Below are positions 62,073 to 64,000 of a stretch of DNA of 64,000 bases, in pieces (positions within the stretch are counted from its first letter, which is position 1; every line of letters starts with the position of its first letter). The translations under genes were made by a program, and so were the position numbers. The notes beneath the pieces were generated by a model. It had not been told where the DNA came from, searched no databases, and saw nothing but the letters and a program-made list of their open reading frames with translations. This DNA is from Parcubacteria group bacterium (GTDB lineage: Bacteria > Patescibacteriota > Minisyncoccia > Moranbacterales > UBA2206): contig JBAZYF010000004.1 in NCBI GenBank assembly GCA_041659505.1, positions 78,922 through 142,921 on the forward strand, in the 5' to 3' direction.

Positions 62073-64000
62073 CTAAATTACAACATTAATCAGTCTCCCT
62101 TTCACAAAAATAATCTTTTTAATTTCTTTGCCTGCTGTATGATTCTTGGTTTTTTCACTTCCCAGCGCCAACTTGGTCGCTTCTTCTTCGGAAATGTCCG
62201 CACTAACTTTCACCGTGTCACGCACTTTTCCATTGACTTGGATCACTAGTTCAATTTCTTCATCCTGGATCAAGTTCAAATCATACTCCGGCCAACTCTC
62301 TTGGAAAATTGATTCGTCATGACCGAGCTTTGACCAAAGTTCTTCAGTTAAGTGTGGAGCAAATGGACTCAGAATCAATAAAAATAATTCAAAATTTTGC
62401 ACGGACAATTCCGTTTCTTTTTCCAAGGCATTAGCTAAAATCATCAACTGGCTAATCGCCGTATTAAACTTCATACTTTCAATATCTTCCGAAACTTTTT
62501 TAATCGTCTTGCTCAATAAAATAGTCGTTTTAGTAGTTTGGCTTTTGAAATTTGGATTTGATTTGACATTGGAAATTAGGATTTTGGAATTTAACTTATA
62601 AGTTTTCTCTAGAAACCGATACACTCCCACAATTCCTTTTGTCTGCCACGGCTTCATATCCTCGAGCGGTCCCATGAACATCTCAAACATCCGCAAAGCG
62701 TCTGCGCCAAATTGCGCGGTAACGTCATCCGGATTGACCACATTACCTTTTGATTTGGACATCTTCGTTCCATCTTCCGCCAAAATCGTGCCTTGGTGCC
62801 GGAGCTTCAAAAACGGCTCATCAAATTCGAGATAACCCAAATTATGCAAAACTTTCGTGAAAAATCTCGCATAAAGCAGATGCAACACAGAATGCTCCGC
62901 TCCACCGACATAAAGATCGACCGGCAACCATTTTTTGAGCAGTTCTTTTGAAGCAAACTCCTTTTCATTTTTCGGATCAGCATAGCGCAAGTAGTACCAA
63001 GACGAACAAACAAAAGTGTCCATCGTGTCGGATTCCCTTCGCGCAACGCTACCGCATTTCGGACAAACGACATCCTGAAATGTTTTGGAATATTTGAGTG
63101 GCGATTCGCCAGTCGGCTTAAAATCAACATCAGTTGGAAGCTCTACAGGCAGATCCGCCTCTGAGACTGGAACTTCACCACATTTTTCACAATAAATAAT
63201 TGGGATCGGCGCGCCCCAATAGCGCTGCCGCGAAACTAACCAATCGCGTAACTTGTAATTTACTTTAAATCTTGCATCTCCTTTTTTCGCCAACCATTCA
63301 GTAATTTTTATTCTTGCTTCCTTGGAAGACAATCCTTCAAATTGAGCAGAATTTACTAACTCCCCTTCACCTTCAAAGCAAATTTCCAGATTTTGCACTT
63401 TTTCCCAAAGCTCATTATTTTTTGGCCTGATAGAAACGCGTAGCGGAATATTGTATTTTTTTGCCAACTCAAAATCTCGCGAGTCATGCGCGTCAGCAAA
63501 AACCGCTCCGGTTCCATAATTCACCAAAACAAAATCAGAAATCCAAACCGGTATTTGATTTCCGGTCGCTGGATTGATCACATACGCTCCCGTAAAAGCA
63601 CCGGTTTTTTCTTTTCGCAATTCCAAACGTTCTATATCAGTTTTTTTTGCCGTTTCAAGCAAATAATCTTCTATTTCTTTTTTGTGATCTTCGGTTGTTA
63701 TCACAGAAACCAAAGGATGTTCCGGAGCTAAAAGAAGATAGGTTCCGGAAAAAAGCGTATCGATGCGGGTTGTGTAGACAGTTATTTTCTCCGAACTATT
63801 TTCAATCGCAAAATCAACTTCGGAACCAAAGGACTTCCCGATCCAATTCTTTTGCAGAAGCTTGGTTGATTCTGGCCAATCCACTTTTTCTAATCCTGAA
63901 AGAAGCCCGATAGTATCGCTCTTGTCCTCGATAAAGTCAGTAATTTTGAAAAACCATTGTTCCAGATCTTTTTGCACAACCGCACTTCCACAGCGCTCGC
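62073..64000 (-). CDS. leuS: Leucyl-tRNA synthetase, C-terminal part. The N-terminus lies beyond the window end.
   Basis: KMSKSKGNVV class-I motif. LeuS-specific editing/anticodon-binding regions. The ORF is open to the window edge. Confidence 0.9.
   Translation of the reverse strand, partial: ERCGSAVVQKDLEQWFFKITDFIEDKSDTIGLLSGLEKVDWPESTKLLQKNWIGKSFGSEVDFAIENSSEKITVYTTRIDTLFSGTYLLLAPEHPLVSVITTEDHKKEIEDYLLETAKKTDIERLELRKEKTGAFTGAYVINPATGNQIPVWISDFVLVNYGTGAVFADAHDSRDFELAKKYNIPLRVSIRPKNNELWEKVQNLEICFEGEGELVNSAQFEGLSSKEARIKITEWLAKKGDARFKVNYKLRDWLVSRQRYWGAPIPIIYCEKCGEVPVSEADLPVELPTDVDFKPTGESPLKYSKTFQDVVCPKCGSVARRESDTMDTFVCSSWYYLRYADPKNEKEFASKELLKKWLPVDLYVGGAEHSVLHLLYARFFTKVLHNLGYLEFDEPFLKLRHQGTILAEDGTKMSKSKGNVVNPDDVTAQFGADALRMFEMFMGPLEDMKPWQTKGIVGVYRFLEKTYKLNSKILISNVKSNPNFKSQTTKTTILLSKTIKKVSEDIESMKFNTAISQLMILANALEKETELSVQNFELFLLILSPFAPHLTEELWSKLGHDESIFQESWPEYDLNLIQDEEIELVIQVNGKVRDTVKVSADISEEEATKLALGSEKTKNHTAGKEIKKIIFVKGRLINVVI

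Noticed and set aside
1-64000. rRNA genes, transposase or integrase genes, CRISPR-Cas or other recognisable defence systems
   Set aside because: None of the six-frame products or sequence segments carry signatures of these: no RM methylase or endonuclease motifs, no Cas, no DDE or tyrosine recombinase. The window's novelty lies in its repeat elements and surface-protein island rather than a canonical defence locus.

Overview
This 64 kb window is AT-rich and gene-dense, and nearly every gene is on the minus strand in compact operons with 4-60 bp spacers. I found no rRNA, CRISPR, transposase or integrase genes. By inference only, the gene content and architecture look like a small-genome Candidate-Phyla-Radiation/Patescibacteria-type bacterium. 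Weak Shine-Dalgarno sites, tiny spacers, the fermentative por/ACD core, a bacterial Elp3 and abundant secreted repeat proteins all point that way.

Gene content:
- Housekeeping: ftsA-ftsZ, ispH, rlmN, ybeY, dgkA, glyA, recJ, rnhA, a partial leuS and one tRNA-Gln(CUG).
- Fermentative core: porGDAB (pyruvate:ferredoxin oxidoreductase), an ADP-forming acetyl-CoA synthetase and gpmI-eno-pgk.
- Transport: two MacAB/FtsX-type ABC operons, one with a HlyD-type adaptor, and an Nramp transporter carrying an unusual N-terminal HTH-like extension.
- Surface-protein island, about 31.9-48.8 kb: FN3 proteins, a cohesin-like repeat protein, a dockerin protein, a PfkB kinase, six tandem secreted parallel-beta-helix paralogs and a tiny AbrB/MazE-like regulator. 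The paralogs have recombined conserved 5' and 3' ends, divergent cores and a shared extreme C-terminal PxGLxV[EN] tag. The regulator's 24-bp operator-like palindrome recurs in front of the last paralog.

The most striking structure is not a gene. At least five families of MITE-like inverted-repeat elements, about 17 copies in total, sit in intergenic spacers. Several sit inside operons such as porAB, porDG, macA-macB and gpmI-eno-pgk. Short palindromic elements are also inserted in frame in housekeeping genes. One identical 36-bp palindrome encodes PARNATHSVAGG in both rlmN and gpmI, rlmN carries a second one, and elp3 carries a 28-bp palindrome. This is a Rickettsia-RPE-like situation. The tRNA-Gln has its first 20 nt duplicated 150 bp upstream, flanking a GC-rich 130-bp insert.
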